From the NCBI GenBank assembly GCA_963699545.1, contig CAVOUE010000006.1:384001-448000 (forward strand): a stretch of DNA of 64,000 bases, given 5' to 3'. The notes under the pieces were generated by a model. The model was not told where the DNA came from. It did not search any database and saw nothing but the letters and a program-made list of their open reading frames with translations. The DNA comes from Nitrospirota bacterium. GTDB lineage: Bacteria; Nitrospirota; Thermodesulfovibrionia; Thermodesulfovibrionales; UBA9159. Shown here piece by piece: positions 11,257 to 21,026 of the stretch (positions are counted from its first letter, which is position 1; each line of letters starts with the position of its first letter). The position numbers and the translations under genes were made by a program.

Positions 11257-12140
11257 TACTTTTCCTCCTTGGAAAAGATTGTATCAAGTTTTTGTTCAAA
11301 GGCATGGTAATCAAGATAATCGTAAAGTTCTGCCCGGGTCTGCATGAGATCAACCACATTCTTCTGGGTCCCTTCCTTGCGGATCGCGCCGTATACCGAG
11401 AGCGCGGCCTTGCTCATGGCACGGAATGCCGAGAGGGGATAGAGTACAAGGGAGACATCCGCCTTGCGCAGTTCTTCCACCGTATACAGTGGAGTTGAGC
11501 CGAACTCGGTGATATTGGCCAGGATCGGCACTTTCACCGCGCGGGCGAATTTCTTGTACATGGAGAGTTCTGTTATGGCCTCGGGAAAGATCATGTCGGC
11601 CCCGGCTTCAACACAGGCACCGGCCCGGTCGATGGCGGCCTGAAGACCTTCCACGGCAAGGGCATCGGTCCTTGCCATGATGACAAAGTCGGGGTCGGTC
11701 TTTGCGTCGACCGCCGCCTTGATGCGGTCCACCATCTCGTCCTTGCTCACGATGGCCTTTCCCGGACGGTGGCCGCAGCGTTTTGCCTGGACCTGGTCCT
11801 CGATATGCACCGCTGCCGCGCCGAACTTTATCATGGACCTGATAGTACGCGCGATGTTGAAGGCGCCGCCCCATCCGGTGTCGATGTCCACCAGCACCGG
11901 CAGATCGGTGATGTCGGTGATGCGCCGGACATCGGTGAGCACATCGTCCATGGTGCTGATCCCGAGGTCAGGGACACCGAGGGAACTCGCGGCAACACCG
12001 CCGCCGGAAACGTAGAGGGCCTTGAACCCCACGCGTTCGGCAAGACGTGCCGCGTAGGCGTTGATCGCTCCCACTACCTGCAAGGGCTTTTCCTCCCGCA
12101 CCGCAGTCCTGAAACGTGTCCCAGGTGATAACCGATTCAT
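11256..12140 (-). CDS. prpB: Methylisocitrate lyase
   Basis: KRCGH catalytic loop, DIDTG, MARTDA. Confidence 0.95.
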   Translation of the reverse strand: MNRLSPGTRFRTAVREEKPLQVVGAINAYAARLAERVGFKALYVSGGGVAASSLGVPDLGISTMDDVLTDVRRITDITDLPVLVDIDTGWGGAFNIARTIRSMIKFGAAAVHIEDQVQAKRCGHRPGKAIVSKDEMVDRIKAAVDAKTDPDFVIMARTDALAVEGLQAAIDRAGACVEAGADMIFPEAITELSMYKKFARAVKVPILANITEFGSTPLYTVEELRKADVSLVLYPLSAFRAMSKAALSVYGAIRKEGTQKNVVDLMQTRAELYDYLDYHAFEQKLDTIFSKEEK

Positions 12141-12629
12141 GATTGAGTCCTCCTATGGAACATAAAAGTCACACCTCATCCTTTGTACGCTTATACTGCC
12201 CGCCGATATTTTTCGCGGCTTCGGTTGTCCATTCCCGACGATGCCTTCGCTGTTTCAGTTGATAAGGCTGACCGTGCGCATCACAAAGCCCGAAGTGAAG
12301 GCAAAACTAATTCATTATACACTATGCAATGGGTGTTCAACCGACATGGTTATCACAAAATATGCCAGGTTCTCGATGGGGGGAAGGATGATCGACAAAT
12401 TAAGATAGAAGAAGAGGCAAAGACTTGTAAAATAACGTAAACCATCATATTTCTGATTTGAGTTTCTGAGTTGGCAGTGACTCGGGCGGAGGAAGAATTT
12501 CGTGCAATGCATTGCATCAATGGGCAATTTATTGCATGCATCCTCCTGCCAGAGAGGAGGGGGAATCTATTCACTTTACGGCCATCGAAAGAATGCAGGG
12601 CAAGGCGATACGCTCATTAAGGATTAAGT

Positions 12630-12705
12630 TGGCTCCTGGGGAGGGATTCGAACCCCCGACCAAGTGGTTAACAGCCACCCGCTCTGCCAGCTGAGCTACC
12701 CAGGA
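12630..12705 (-). tRNA. tRNA-Asn(GTT)
   Basis: TCCTGGG...CCCAGGA acceptor stem, GTT anticodon loop, GGTTCGAATCC T-arm, encoded CCA. Confidence 0.97.
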
Positions 12706-12747
12706 ACGAAAGATATTATATATCAAAAGAAAGTTTCAGGGCAATAT

Positions 12748-14442
12748 TTACTTCTTCTGTGATCTTTCGATCTTTGCCCAGGTATCTTTTAACGTCACTG
12801 TCCTGTTGAATACAAGCTTTTTGTCCGAAGAGTCGGGGTCGACGCAGAAATAGCCCTGTCTCTCAAACTGGAACCGGCCTCCCGGCGCCACGCCTGCAAG
12901 ACCGGGTTCAACAAAGCACGATGTCAGTTTCTCGACGGATCCGGGATTCAGATGGGCCTTGAAATCCTCGCCTTCTTCCACATCACCGGGGTCTGCCTTT
13001 GCGAAGAGATGGTCATACAGCCGCACCTCTGCTTCGACCGCGTGTGACGCGGAAACCCAGTGCAGTGTTGCCTTGACCTTGCGTCCGTCAGGGGAGTCGC
13101 CGCCCCGCGTTGCAGGATCATACACGCAGTGAAGCTCCACCGGCTCCCCGGTCCATGCGTCCTTCACCACGCCCACGCATTTGATGAAATAGGCATATCG
13201 CAGCCTCACCTCGCGGTCCGGCGCAAGACGGAAGAATTCCTTGGGAGGCTTCTCGCGAAAATCATCCTGTTCTATATAAAGCACTCTGGAAAAGGGGACC
13301 TTCCGTGTTCCCATGGCGGGGTCTTCCGGATTATTTACGGCATCCAGCTCCTCCACCTTTCCCTCAGGATAGTTATCGATCACTACTTTGAGAGGCCGCA
13401 GCACCGCCATAGCGCGCTGCGCACGCTTGTTCAGATCTTCACGGATACAGTGTTCGAGCAGGGCGATATCCACCGTGCTGTCCCTCTTCGCCACACCGAT
13501 ACGTTCGCAGAAGTTCCGTATGGATTCCGGAGTGTACCCCCGTCTCTTCAATCCCGATATGGTGGGCATGCGTGGGTCGTCCCATCCTGCCACATGTCCC
13601 TCCTGCACCAGTTGTATAAGCTTCCGCTTGCTCAATACGGTATGGCTGAGGTTGAGGCGGGCGAATTCGATCTGCTGCGGACGATAGACCTTCGCCTCCT
13701 CAAGGAACCAGTCATACAGAGGGCGGTGGTCCTCAAACTCCAGGGTGCAGATGGAATGGGTGATCCCCTCGATTGAATCCGAGAAACAGTGGGCAAAGTC
13801 ATACATGGGATAGATGCACCATTTTTCGCCTGTCCTGTGATGGGATGCATGAAGGATACGGTAGATGACCGGGTCCCGCATATTGATATTGCCTGACGAC
13901 ATGTCGATCCTCGTCCTGAGGGTACGGGAGCCGTCAGGGAATTCCCCTGCCCTCATACGGGCAAACAGATCGAGGTTATCTTCCACGGACCGGCTCCGGT
14001 AGGGACTTTCTCTGCCCGGCTCGGTCAACGTGCCCCGGTATTCCCTCATTTCGTCGGCGCTCAGATCGCAGACGTATGCCTTGCCCGTCCTGATCAGCTT
14101 CACCGCATACCCGTAAAGCTGTTCAAAGTAGTCCGATGCATAGAAGAGCCGGTCATCCCAGTCAAACCCGACCCAGCGTACGTCCGCCTTTATGGATTCC
14201 ACATATTCGACTTCCTCCTTGGTGGGATTGGTGTCGTCCATGCGCAGGTTGCAAAGCCCCCTGAATTCTGCTGCGATCCCGAAATTCAGGCAGATGGACT
14301 TGGCATGTCCTATGTGGAGATATCCGTTCGGTTCAGGAGGGAAGCGGGTATGTACGCGGCCGTCGTACTTGTTGGTCTCCAGATCGGCAGCAACGATCTC
14401 ACGGATAAAGTCGTAGGGTTTTTCAGCACCGTTCGCAGTCAT
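12748..14442 (-). CDS. glnS: Glutamine--tRNA ligase
   Basis: [33 protein letters not shown]. Confidence 0.97.
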   Translation of the reverse strand: MTANGAEKPYDFIREIVAADLETNKYDGRVHTRFPPEPNGYLHIGHAKSICLNFGIAAEFRGLCNLRMDDTNPTKEEVEYVESIKADVRWVGFDWDDRLFYASDYFEQLYGYAVKLIRTGKAYVCDLSADEMREYRGTLTEPGRESPYRSRSVEDNLDLFARMRAGEFPDGSRTLRTRIDMSSGNINMRDPVIYRILHASHHRTGEKWCIYPMYDFAHCFSDSIEGITHSICTLEFEDHRPLYDWFLEEAKVYRPQQIEFARLNLSHTVLSKRKLIQLVQEGHVAGWDDPRMPTISGLKRRGYTPESIRNFCERIGVAKRDSTVDIALLEHCIREDLNKRAQRAMAVLRPLKVVIDNYPEGKVEELDAVNNPEDPAMGTRKVPFSRVLYIEQDDFREKPPKEFFRLAPDREVRLRYAYFIKCVGVVKDAWTGEPVELHCVYDPATRGGDSPDGRKVKATLHWVSASHAVEAEVRLYDHLFAKADPGDVEEGEDFKAHLNPGSVEKLTSCFVEPGLAGVAPGGRFQFERQGYFCVDPDSSDKKLVFNRTVTLKDTWAKIERSQKK

Positions 14443-14444
14443 GG

Positions 14445-15869
14445 TCACCCCTCCTTCCTCTCAGCGCCTTCAATGGTCTTTATGGCCTTCTCCAGCCTCT
14501 TCAGTGTCTTTTCTTTTCCGACGATCCCGAGCACTTCAAATATGCCGGGGCTTTCGGTCCCCCCGGTGATCGCAACGCGGACCGGTTGAGCAAGGTTGCC
14601 GAGCTTTATGCCGTGCCTCTCCACGAGCGCCTTGAATACCTTTTCCAGTTCCGGGGCAGAAAAATCCTCAAGGTGAACAAGGTCCTGCTTCAACTCCGTC
14701 AAATAGGGCAGGCTCTTCTCATTGAGGAATTTTGTTCGTGCCTTTTCGTCGTAGTCTACGTCTTCAGCAATATAATAGCGCAGGGAGACCGCAAGTTCCA
14801 CCAGCGTCTTTGCCCGCTCTCTCAACGTCATGATCGCTTTTGAGAGCCACTGTGTGTCCAGCGCCTGGCCTTCATGTATGATCTTTTCCCTTTCCAGAAA
14901 AGGGATGACGAGTTCAGCCAGTCTCAGGGGATCTGAGTTCATGATGTACTGGCTATTGAGCCAGAGGAGTTTCTCCGGGTTGAATACCGCAGAGGACTTC
15001 CCGACGGTCTCAAAGGAAAAGTATTGTATCAACTCTTCCCGTGTGAACACTTCCTGGTCTCCGTAGGACCACCCAAGGCGGACGAGGTAGTTCACAAGGG
15101 CATCGGGAAGATACCCCATCTCCTTATACGCCATGACCGAGGTCGCCCCGTGTCTCTTGCTCAGTCTCGCCTTGTCGGAGCCGAGGATCATGGGGAGGTG
15201 CGCAAACGCCGGTATCTCATACCCCAAAGCCTTATAGATATGGATCTGTTTCGGGGTGTTGTTCAGGTGGTCGTCGCCCCTGATGACATGGGTTATCTTC
15301 ATGTCCACATCATCCACCACCACAACGAAATTATACGTGGGGGCGCCGTCGGACCTCATAATGATCAGGTCATCGAGCTGGCTGTTCTCGAACACCACGC
15401 TTCCCTTGATCATGTCGTTCACCACGGTCTGCCCTTCCTGGGGCATTTTGAACCGTACCACCGGCTCTCTGCCTGCCACGGGTTGTTTCAGGTCCCGGCA
15501 TCTGCCGTCATATTTCGGCGTCTTTCCCCGGGCCAGGGCCTCCTGCCTCCGCTGCTCCAGCTCTTCAGCGGAACAATAGCAGCGATATGCTTTGCCTGCC
15601 TTTATCAGTCTTTCAATATACCCCCTGTATACATCGAACCTTTCGGTTTGCCTGAAGGGCCCCTCGTCCCAGTCGAGGTTGAGCCACTTCATCCCCTCGA
15701 TGATGGCCTCGATATATTCATCCGTGGAGCGACTCGTGTCGGTGTCCTCTATCCTCAGAATGAAGGTGCCCCCCTCATGCCGCGCAAAAAGCCAGTTGAA
15801 AAGGGCGGTCCTCGCCCCGCCTATGTGCAGATGGCCCGTGGGACTGGGTGCAAAACGAACACGTACCAT
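14445..15869 (-). CDS. gltX: Glutamate--tRNA ligase
   Basis: [14 protein letters not shown] and LSKRHG motifs. Confidence 0.97.
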   Translation of the reverse strand: MVRVRFAPSPTGHLHIGGARTALFNWLFARHEGGTFILRIEDTDTSRSTDEYIEAIIEGMKWLNLDWDEGPFRQTERFDVYRGYIERLIKAGKAYRCYCSAEELEQRRQEALARGKTPKYDGRCRDLKQPVAGREPVVRFKMPQEGQTVVNDMIKGSVVFENSQLDDLIIMRSDGAPTYNFVVVVDDVDMKITHVIRGDDHLNNTPKQIHIYKALGYEIPAFAHLPMILGSDKARLSKRHGATSVMAYKEMGYLPDALVNYLVRLGWSYGDQEVFTREELIQYFSFETVGKSSAVFNPEKLLWLNSQYIMNSDPLRLAELVIPFLEREKIIHEGQALDTQWLSKAIMTLRERAKTLVELAVSLRYYIAEDVDYDEKARTKFLNEKSLPYLTELKQDLVHLEDFSAPELEKVFKALVERHGIKLGNLAQPVRVAITGGTESPGIFEVLGIVGKEKTLKRLEKAIKTIEGAERKEG

Positions 15870-16089
15870 TACCTCTGTATCCTCCTCATTTGCGGATATT
15901 ATACCCTAAAAAATACATTAAGCAGGGATATGGATGACTGAAAAGTCTTTTGCAGCGACACCTTTTTAGATGACATAATGGAATTCTTGATGAGCATAGG
16001 ATTGTCCGTATAACTTCCAGAATTACATCATGTCATATGGTAAGATCAAGTCGAAATTAAAAGACTTTGAAGGCATTCGTGTCCCTGCT

Positions 16090-17481
16090 TCACAGCTTCC
16101 TCTTAAACTCCAGCTTCAGGAACCTCTTTGTCCCCTCAGTTACCTTGAACCTCTCATCTCCCCTGTAGCCGGCGATCCAGACGATGTTGCCACCCGATAC
16201 AATGATCGGTATCGCATCCCGTTCATCTCTCGGCACCTTCTCATCCACAAAAAAGTCCTGGAGTTTCTTTTTTTTCCCGAATCCCAGAGGATAAAAGACG
16301 TCGCCCTTTTCCCTTGGTCTGACCGTAAGGAGGGCTCCCGCTTTATCTGCATCGAAAACCGCTTTGGTCTTTCCGTCCCCGGAGCTGTCAACTCTTTCCT
16401 CTGCGGACGCTACGATCGTAGCCCTGATCTCCTTCAAAACAACCTCTCCCGGCACGGTGAGAGTCAAGGCCTTCAGCCTTTGAGGAGGCTCCGATGTCAT
16501 CACCAAAGTCGAATAGGTCTTTACGACCCTCAACCCCTTTGGCAGGGAGAGCCTGTCTCCGTGCCTTCCTTTTTTTATCAGGTCGATTATGCCTTCAATG
16601 TGAATGAATTCCATGCCCCGAAGGCCCTTTGTCTCATCAATGGCCCGTCTCAAAACCCTTCTGAGGATGACCTTTTCCATCGACTCCATTGGTGTGAGAA
16701 AGAGTTCAATGCGGAGTTCAGTCTTTCTTGAAATCAGTTTCATAAGGGTCATCGTGACGATGAGATCAAAATATTTTTCCTCCTCCCTCAGCACGTCCAT
16801 GGTCCTTGATACCGTCCGGACGATACCCGGATTCATCTTCCTGATCACAGGCATTACCAGCAGCCTGAGCTTGTTCCTGAGGTAATCTTCCTTCACGTTC
16901 GACGAATCGACCATGAAATTGATTTGCTCTTCATCAAGAAAGGCCTCTATTTGGCTTCGCTCAATTTCTATGAGAGGCCTGATAATTCTCGCTCTCACCG
17001 GAGGTATGCCGCCGAGGCCCACGGGTCCCGATCCCCTGAAAAATCTCATAAGGAACGTCTCGACCTGGTCATCCGCGGTATGTCCCATGGCCAGACGGCT
17101 GGCCTTCAGGTCCGCGAAAACCTCATCGAATGCCTTATAACGCAGTTCCCGCGCAGCCTCCTGCTTGTTCATGCCCTGTTCCTTCGCATACGCCTTCACG
17201 TCAATGGATCGAACGATAAGGGGCACGGACAATCCATCGCAGAGTTTTCTGCAGAACGCTATCTCGTCAGGGGTCTCCCCGGGCCGTAACCCGTGATCTA
17301 CATACACGGCATGGAGCTTCGAGTGAAATTCATCCTTCAGCTTATGAAGGACGGTGAGGAGGCAGACGGAATCCGGCCCTCCCGAGAGGCCTACCAGGAC
17401 CATATCTCCCCTGGAGAGCATCGAGTACTTCGCGATCGTTGTTCTTACCTTTTCGATGAATGTATGTTTTTCCTGGGTCAT
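16090..17481 (-). CDS. tilS: tRNA(Ile)-lysidine synthetase
   Basis: SGGPDS PP-loop, HTADDQVET, YLRNKLR, C-terminal KKLQDFF domain. Confidence 0.95.
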   Translation of the reverse strand: MTQEKHTFIEKVRTTIAKYSMLSRGDMVLVGLSGGPDSVCLLTVLHKLKDEFHSKLHAVYVDHGLRPGETPDEIAFCRKLCDGLSVPLIVRSIDVKAYAKEQGMNKQEAARELRYKAFDEVFADLKASRLAMGHTADDQVETFLMRFFRGSGPVGLGGIPPVRARIIRPLIEIERSQIEAFLDEEQINFMVDSSNVKEDYLRNKLRLLVMPVIRKMNPGIVRTVSRTMDVLREEEKYFDLIVTMTLMKLISRKTELRIELFLTPMESMEKVILRRVLRRAIDETKGLRGMEFIHIEGIIDLIKKGRHGDRLSLPKGLRVVKTYSTLVMTSEPPQRLKALTLTVPGEVVLKEIRATIVASAEERVDSSGDGKTKAVFDADKAGALLTVRPREKGDVFYPLGFGKKKKLQDFFVDEKVPRDERDAIPIIVSGGNIVWIAGYRGDERFKVTEGTKRFLKLEFKRKL

Positions 17482-17517
17482 AAGGGTCAGAAGAAAATAA
17501 TATGCATCATAATTAAT

Positions 17518-17551
17518 TCATAAATTATATCGCACGCGACATAATTTATGA
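17518..17551. promoter_or_regulatory. 16-bp inverted repeat, probable operator
   Basis: tcataaattatatcgc-ac-gcgacataatttatga, one mismatch. Confidence 0.5.
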
Positions 17552-17608
17552 TAAGAAATTAATCTCTTTATCTTTCAATTGGTTAAATGAGGGCCAACTG
17601 CGATATTC

Positions 17609-17637
17609 TTGACACATCCTTCGAATTCCCCTAAAAT
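17609..17637 (+). promoter_or_regulatory. Strong sigma70 promoter, Pc-like for the cassette array
   Basis: TTGACA-17 bp-TAAAAT. Confidence 0.75.
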
Positions 17638-17659
17638 CATCACAAAAAGACGTATGCGG

Positions 17660-17679
17660 CTCAAAAAAGAATGTTGCAC
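17660..17679 (+). other. attI-like recombination point at the start of the array
   Basis: A-rich AAAAAAGAAT followed by GTTGCAC (17673-17679), the exact complement of the first cassette's R'' GTGCAAC. Confidence 0.55.
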
Positions 17680-17716
17680 GTAAATAAAATTAACTGCATA
17701 TAAAGACAAATAGAAA

Positions 17717-18226
17717 ATGAAGCCAATAAAGATGACCAAGGCAATGCTGCCAAATCTTCCTAATGAAGTTTTCGACATGTTTATCACACAAATAAATGAC
17801 ACCGACTCAAGCCCCTTTGATTCCATGCTCGGTGGCAGATGGTTTTACTATTTTGGAGAACTTACTATTGAGGCGTTCAATCAACTCCGGTGGATAAGAA
17901 CCACGCTTTCCTTCAAGGAGGCAATCTTTCATCCAACTTCGGGTAGCGACATCGATAGACTTGTCCATTATTGCAAACTTGAGGGCAAGCCGATAGCCAG
18001 GGCACTTTATCCAGGGTATCCCCCGGATTCCCCAGCCCGTCTCGCTGGGATCAAAGAAGTTATTATGAATACAGGACGGCTCCCTGCACCCATTGTAGCC
18101 ATAAGGACAGACAACGGCATCAGGGTTCTTGACGGTTGCCACAGGCTTGCCGCTGCTGTGTCTTGTCCGAACCCAGAAGATATACCTCTTGATGTATGGA
18201 TAGGCGAAAGACCAGAAAATAAATGA
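17717..18226 (+). CDS. Cassette ORF with a ParB/sulfiredoxin-like domain
   Basis: PAPIVAIRTDNGIRVLDGCHRLAAA matches the PI-x-V...DGxHR signature. Confidence 0.7.
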   Translation: MKPIKMTKAMLPNLPNEVFDMFITQINDTDSSPFDSMLGGRWFYYFGELTIEAFNQLRWIRTTLSFKEAIFHPTSGSDIDRLVHYCKLEGKPIARALYPGYPPDSPARLAGIKEVIMNTGRLPAPIVAIRTDNGIRVLDGCHRLAAAVSCPNPEDIPLDVWIGERPENK

Positions 18227-18232
18227 AAGACC

Positions 18233-18320
18233 GTGCAACAAGAGGCTCGACCCGACTGTCGATAGCCCTGTGGCTTTCAGGTTACGCTTATTCTTCAGCG
18301 GGTCAGCCTTGGCGTTGTGG
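18233..18320 (+). other. attC site
   Basis: R'' GTGCAAC, 5-nt spacer, L'' GCTCGACC (extra C), L' GGTCAGC, 6-nt spacer, R' GTTGTGG. Confidence 0.9.
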
Positions 18321-18383
18321 CGACAATATATTTAAATAACCTCCGGCAATACGTTATAATTTGGTCATAGCGGAGGTAAAAAT

Positions 18384-18587
18384 ATGAAGACAGAATTTAC
18401 TGCAATAATGAAACAGGCTGGAGAATGGTGGATCGAAGAAATTCCAGGCGTAAACTGTCAGGAACGTACACGTGAAGACTTAATTGAAACCCTTCGTCTT
18501 ACGCTTAAGGAAGCACTCGAATTTAACCGTCAAGACGCTATCGCCGCCGTAGGCTCAGGATACACAGAAGAAACAATCGCAGTATGA
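18384..18587 (+). CDS. hicB: HicB-family antitoxin
   Basis: IEEIPGVNCQERTREDLIETL motif; stop overlaps the hicA-like start. Confidence 0.8.
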   Translation: MKTEFTAIMKQAGEWWIEEIPGVNCQERTREDLIETLRLTLKEALEFNRQDAIAAVGSGYTEETIAV

Positions 18588-18676
18588 AACGCAGTGACCT
18601 GCTGAAATATCTGCGGTCACAAGGCTGTGAATTTATCAGAGAAGGTAGCCGTCACTCTTGGATGCTTTTTTGGTAA
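18584..18676 (+). pseudogene. hicA: Truncated HicA-family toxin
   Basis: MKRSDLLKYLRSQGCEFIREGSRHSW then an early stop after 30 aa. Confidence 0.75.
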
Positions 18677-18690
18677 GCTGCCGGTTCCCC

Positions 18691-18713
18691 GCCGCTGAGT
18701 TCTCTCGTTAATA
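18691..18713 (+). other. Right half of an attC site (left half deleted)
   Basis: L' GCTGAGT, 6-nt spacer TCTCTC, R' GTTAATA; the GTTAA pairs with the next cassette's R'' GCTTAAC. Confidence 0.65.
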
Positions 18714-18731
18714 CCTACCCATACTTTTATA

Positions 18732-18769
18732 TTGCTATCATTACATAGCTTTGGTATATTATAGCTATG
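18732..18769 (+). promoter_or_regulatory. Cassette-internal promoter and operator for brnTA
   Basis: TTGCTA-17 bp-TATATT with inverted repeat CATAGCT...AGCTATG. Confidence 0.55.
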
Positions 18770-19054
18770 AAGAAGACACGCTTCGAATGGGACGATGAGA
18801 AAGATAAAGAAAATCAAATTAAACATACTGTTTCGTTTGCATTGGCTCAACGTGCTTTTCTCGATCCTCATCGTGTCATAGCGGAAGACGTCAGCCATAG
18901 CAGCGATGAAAAGAGATTTTACTGTATCGGTCGTGTCAGCGAAGGCATTATGACCGTCAGGTTTACTTATAGAGGAAATATCATCCGCATCTATGGTGCC
19001 GGATATTGGAGAAAAGGGAGGAAACTATATGAAGAGCAAAACAAAATATACTGA
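18767..19054 (+). CDS. BrnT-family toxin
   Basis: FEWDDEKDKENQIKH start, EKRFYCIG, IRIYGA. Confidence 0.9.
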   Translation: MKKTRFEWDDEKDKENQIKHTVSFALAQRAFLDPHRVIAEDVSHSSDEKRFYCIGRVSEGIMTVRFTYRGNIIRIYGAGYWRKGRKLYEEQNKIY

Positions 19055-19268
19055 TGAGCCGATGGGCAAGCTGAAAGTAATTAAAGACTTTCTTCCACCT
19101 CCGGAACAACTCGTCATGAAAGAAGAAAATGTAAAGGTGACCATTGCATTGAACAAATCAAGCATCGAGTTTTTCAAAAGAGAGGCGCAGCGTTACCATA
19201 CCTCGTATCAAAAAATGATTCGGCGGCTGATAGATTTATATGCCTCACACCATAAAAAGAGCGCTTAA
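19029..19268 (+). CDS. BrnA/CopG-like ribbon-helix-helix antitoxin
   Basis: DFLPPPEQL, KVTIAL...FFK...YQKMIR; overlaps brnT. Confidence 0.85.
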   Translation: MKSKTKYTDEPMGKLKVIKDFLPPPEQLVMKEENVKVTIALNKSSIEFFKREAQRYHTSYQKMIRRLIDLYASHHKKSA

Positions 19269-19285
19269 CACTTATAAGGCCCCCC

Positions 19286-19800
19286 GCTGTCAAGAGAAAA
19301 AGCGTTCCTAATCGGAAATCAGAATAAAGACATTTCCTTAATGTTCTTCAGATTGCCGGTGAGTTCCGACTTGGTTTCCGAAAGCGGCGTCAGATCAATA
19401 TCTGCACCAAACACTTATCGAGGCTCGATAGCCGGTCAGCACGGAACAATGTATCAATTCCGTACTGCCGACGACAGTGGAGAGACCAATCGGTCTTGTT
19501 CTCCACGGCCTGGAAACAATTCAGAACCCTTATACCGTCCTCATCAAAGGTCTGGTTCATCCCGACTAATCGGGATCCTCCAGTTAGTATCAGGCTCGGG
19601 TAAGGGGCAGAACCTGTAACAATCTTTTATGTCTTATAGAGACCGGGCGTCCTAATCAAAAAAGATAGGCGCCGGGTATCGCATTCCATGATGCCCTATC
19701 CATGATCGAAGCCATATACAAAGGCATGTTCTAAAGAGCATCCGTCGGACTTAACCCTAATGGCGCCAGTTAGACGCAACAGGCTCACCCGGTCCCAGCC
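19286..19800 (-). ncRNA. Predicted bridge/seek RNA region of the IS (exact ends unknown)
   Basis: Hairpin-rich and contains short matches to both strands of the attC target and to the IS-end junction. Confidence 0.7.
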
Positions 19801-20844
19801 TTATTTCGCAAAGAAGACTTCTGGATGAAACACCTCTTTTCTTTTCAGGATATGATAGGCAGCCCTCGCAAGCTTATGTGCCAAAATGGTCAGGGACTTC
19901 GCCTTGCCGTGCTTCCTTGCCAGTTTGTCCCGATACTTTACCGCTTCGGGGTTTCTCCTGAGGAAAAGAACGGCTGCTTCTGAGAAGGCCCATTTAAGAT
20001 GTGCATTGCCGATCTTCTTGCCCGAGGTGCCGAGTTTCTTGCCTGCCGACTCCTTGGCGGATTTAACAAGTCTGCAGTATGAGACGAAATCCTGCACTCT
20101 GGGGAAGCGGTCGATATCGTGAATCTCATAGAGAATGACCAGGCCGAGGATTCTTCCTATACCGGGTATGGAGCGAAGACGGAAATAGGAATCGGCATCA
20201 TCGACCTTTGCGATAAGGGATATCTCATGTTCAACACGGTGAAGCAGTTGATCATAGTGGTCTATGAGGCCAAGATCCAGTTCGATGCTCTTTTGGACAC
20301 TCATGTCGGTGAACCGTTCGGCCAAGCCTTCGCGGTTGCCTTTCTTTCCGATATTCTTCCCTATCTCCGGAAGGTTGTATTGATGATTGGTGTTTTGCAC
20401 ATGGGCAAGGAGTTCGGCCCGCTTGCGGACAAGGTGCAACCTTCTTCTCAAGAGATCCCTCGTGGACCGCATTTCGGAAGGGTAGACATACGCCATAGGC
20501 ATCATGCCGCCCCTTAGCAGCACCGCTATCTTATGAGCGTCTACCTTGTCGTTTTTGGCTTTGCCTCCGTGGATGGCTTTCATGTACAGGGCATGGCCCA
20601 GGACAAACGGGATATTCTCCTTATTGCAGAGATCGGCGATCCAGTACCAGGTGAAGATGCATTCTACGGCCACGACAATGTCCTCACGATACGGCGCGAT
20701 AGTCTTAAGGAAGATGTCGGGATTTGTTTTGATGTCCCGGTGCAGAACGATTCTTCCCTCCTGATTGAGGATGCAAAGGTACATGGTCTTGGCATGCAGA
20801 TCGATTCCGCAAGAAAATTTGTGCTGCTTGGTGTAAAATCTCAT
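19801..20844 (-). CDS. IS110-family DEDD recombinase/transposase
   Basis: GIDLH, VAVE, KNDKVDA (DEDD), SIPGIG, ESAGK serine region; AGGAGG SD before ATG 20844. Confidence 0.95.
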   Translation of the reverse strand: MRFYTKQHKFSCGIDLHAKTMYLCILNQEGRIVLHRDIKTNPDIFLKTIAPYREDIVVAVECIFTWYWIADLCNKENIPFVLGHALYMKAIHGGKAKNDKVDAHKIAVLLRGGMMPMAYVYPSEMRSTRDLLRRRLHLVRKRAELLAHVQNTNHQYNLPEIGKNIGKKGNREGLAERFTDMSVQKSIELDLGLIDHYDQLLHRVEHEISLIAKVDDADSYFRLRSIPGIGRILGLVILYEIHDIDRFPRVQDFVSYCRLVKSAKESAGKKLGTSGKKIGNAHLKWAFSEAAVLFLRRNPEAVKYRDKLARKHGKAKSLTILAHKLARAAYHILKRKEVFHPEVFFAK

Positions 20845-21026
20845 TTGAGGCCTCCTATGGGAAAAGGTTTTGGGTCCCTGAATCATACCTGCTTCGGGTA
20901 TGGTTCAGGGGGGCCTTAATGAGTATCAATTAAATCCGCGGGACGGGCAATGGCCCGCCCGTGATTTAACGCGTTGGACGGAACTGGGAAAAGAAAGGAG
21001 AACAGAAGACCCAGTGCACGTGTTGG

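Larger units (their letters stand above)
19271..20928 (-). mobile_element. IS110-family element of the IS1111 type, inserted in attC
   Basis: Perfect 11-bp sub-terminal inverted repeats TAAGGCCCCCC (19275-19285) and GGGGGGCCTTA (20908-20918); CA core at both junctions; long non-coding region 3' of the transposase. Confidence 0.92.
19263..20979 (+). other. attC site split by an IS (left 19263-19270, right 20927-20979)
   Basis: Removing the IS restores R'' GCTTAAC, spacer AATTA, L'' AATCCGCG ... L' CGTGATT, spacer TAACGC, R' GTTGGAC, with both extra-helical bases. Confidence 0.88.

Noticed and set aside
8447-11310. Long antisense ORFs (8447-9514, 10198-11310 and similar ones elsewhere)
   Set aside because: Shadow frames of GC-rich genes that have clear motifs on the other strand
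12350-12370. Possible sigma54 promoter for prpB (TGGCATATTTTGTGA on the minus strand)
   Set aside because: The -12 position is GA rather than GC, and no activator gene is in the window
12748-15869. Adjacent gltX and glnS as a novel arrangement
   Set aside because: Ordinary housekeeping pairing
17536-17590. dif/Xer-like site near the array
   Set aside because: Only partial resemblance to the XerD arm; the 11-6-11 geometry is not met
19341-19619. 92-aa ORF inside the IS non-coding end
   Set aside because: No recognisable motif or SD; the region is better explained as structured RNA on the opposite strand
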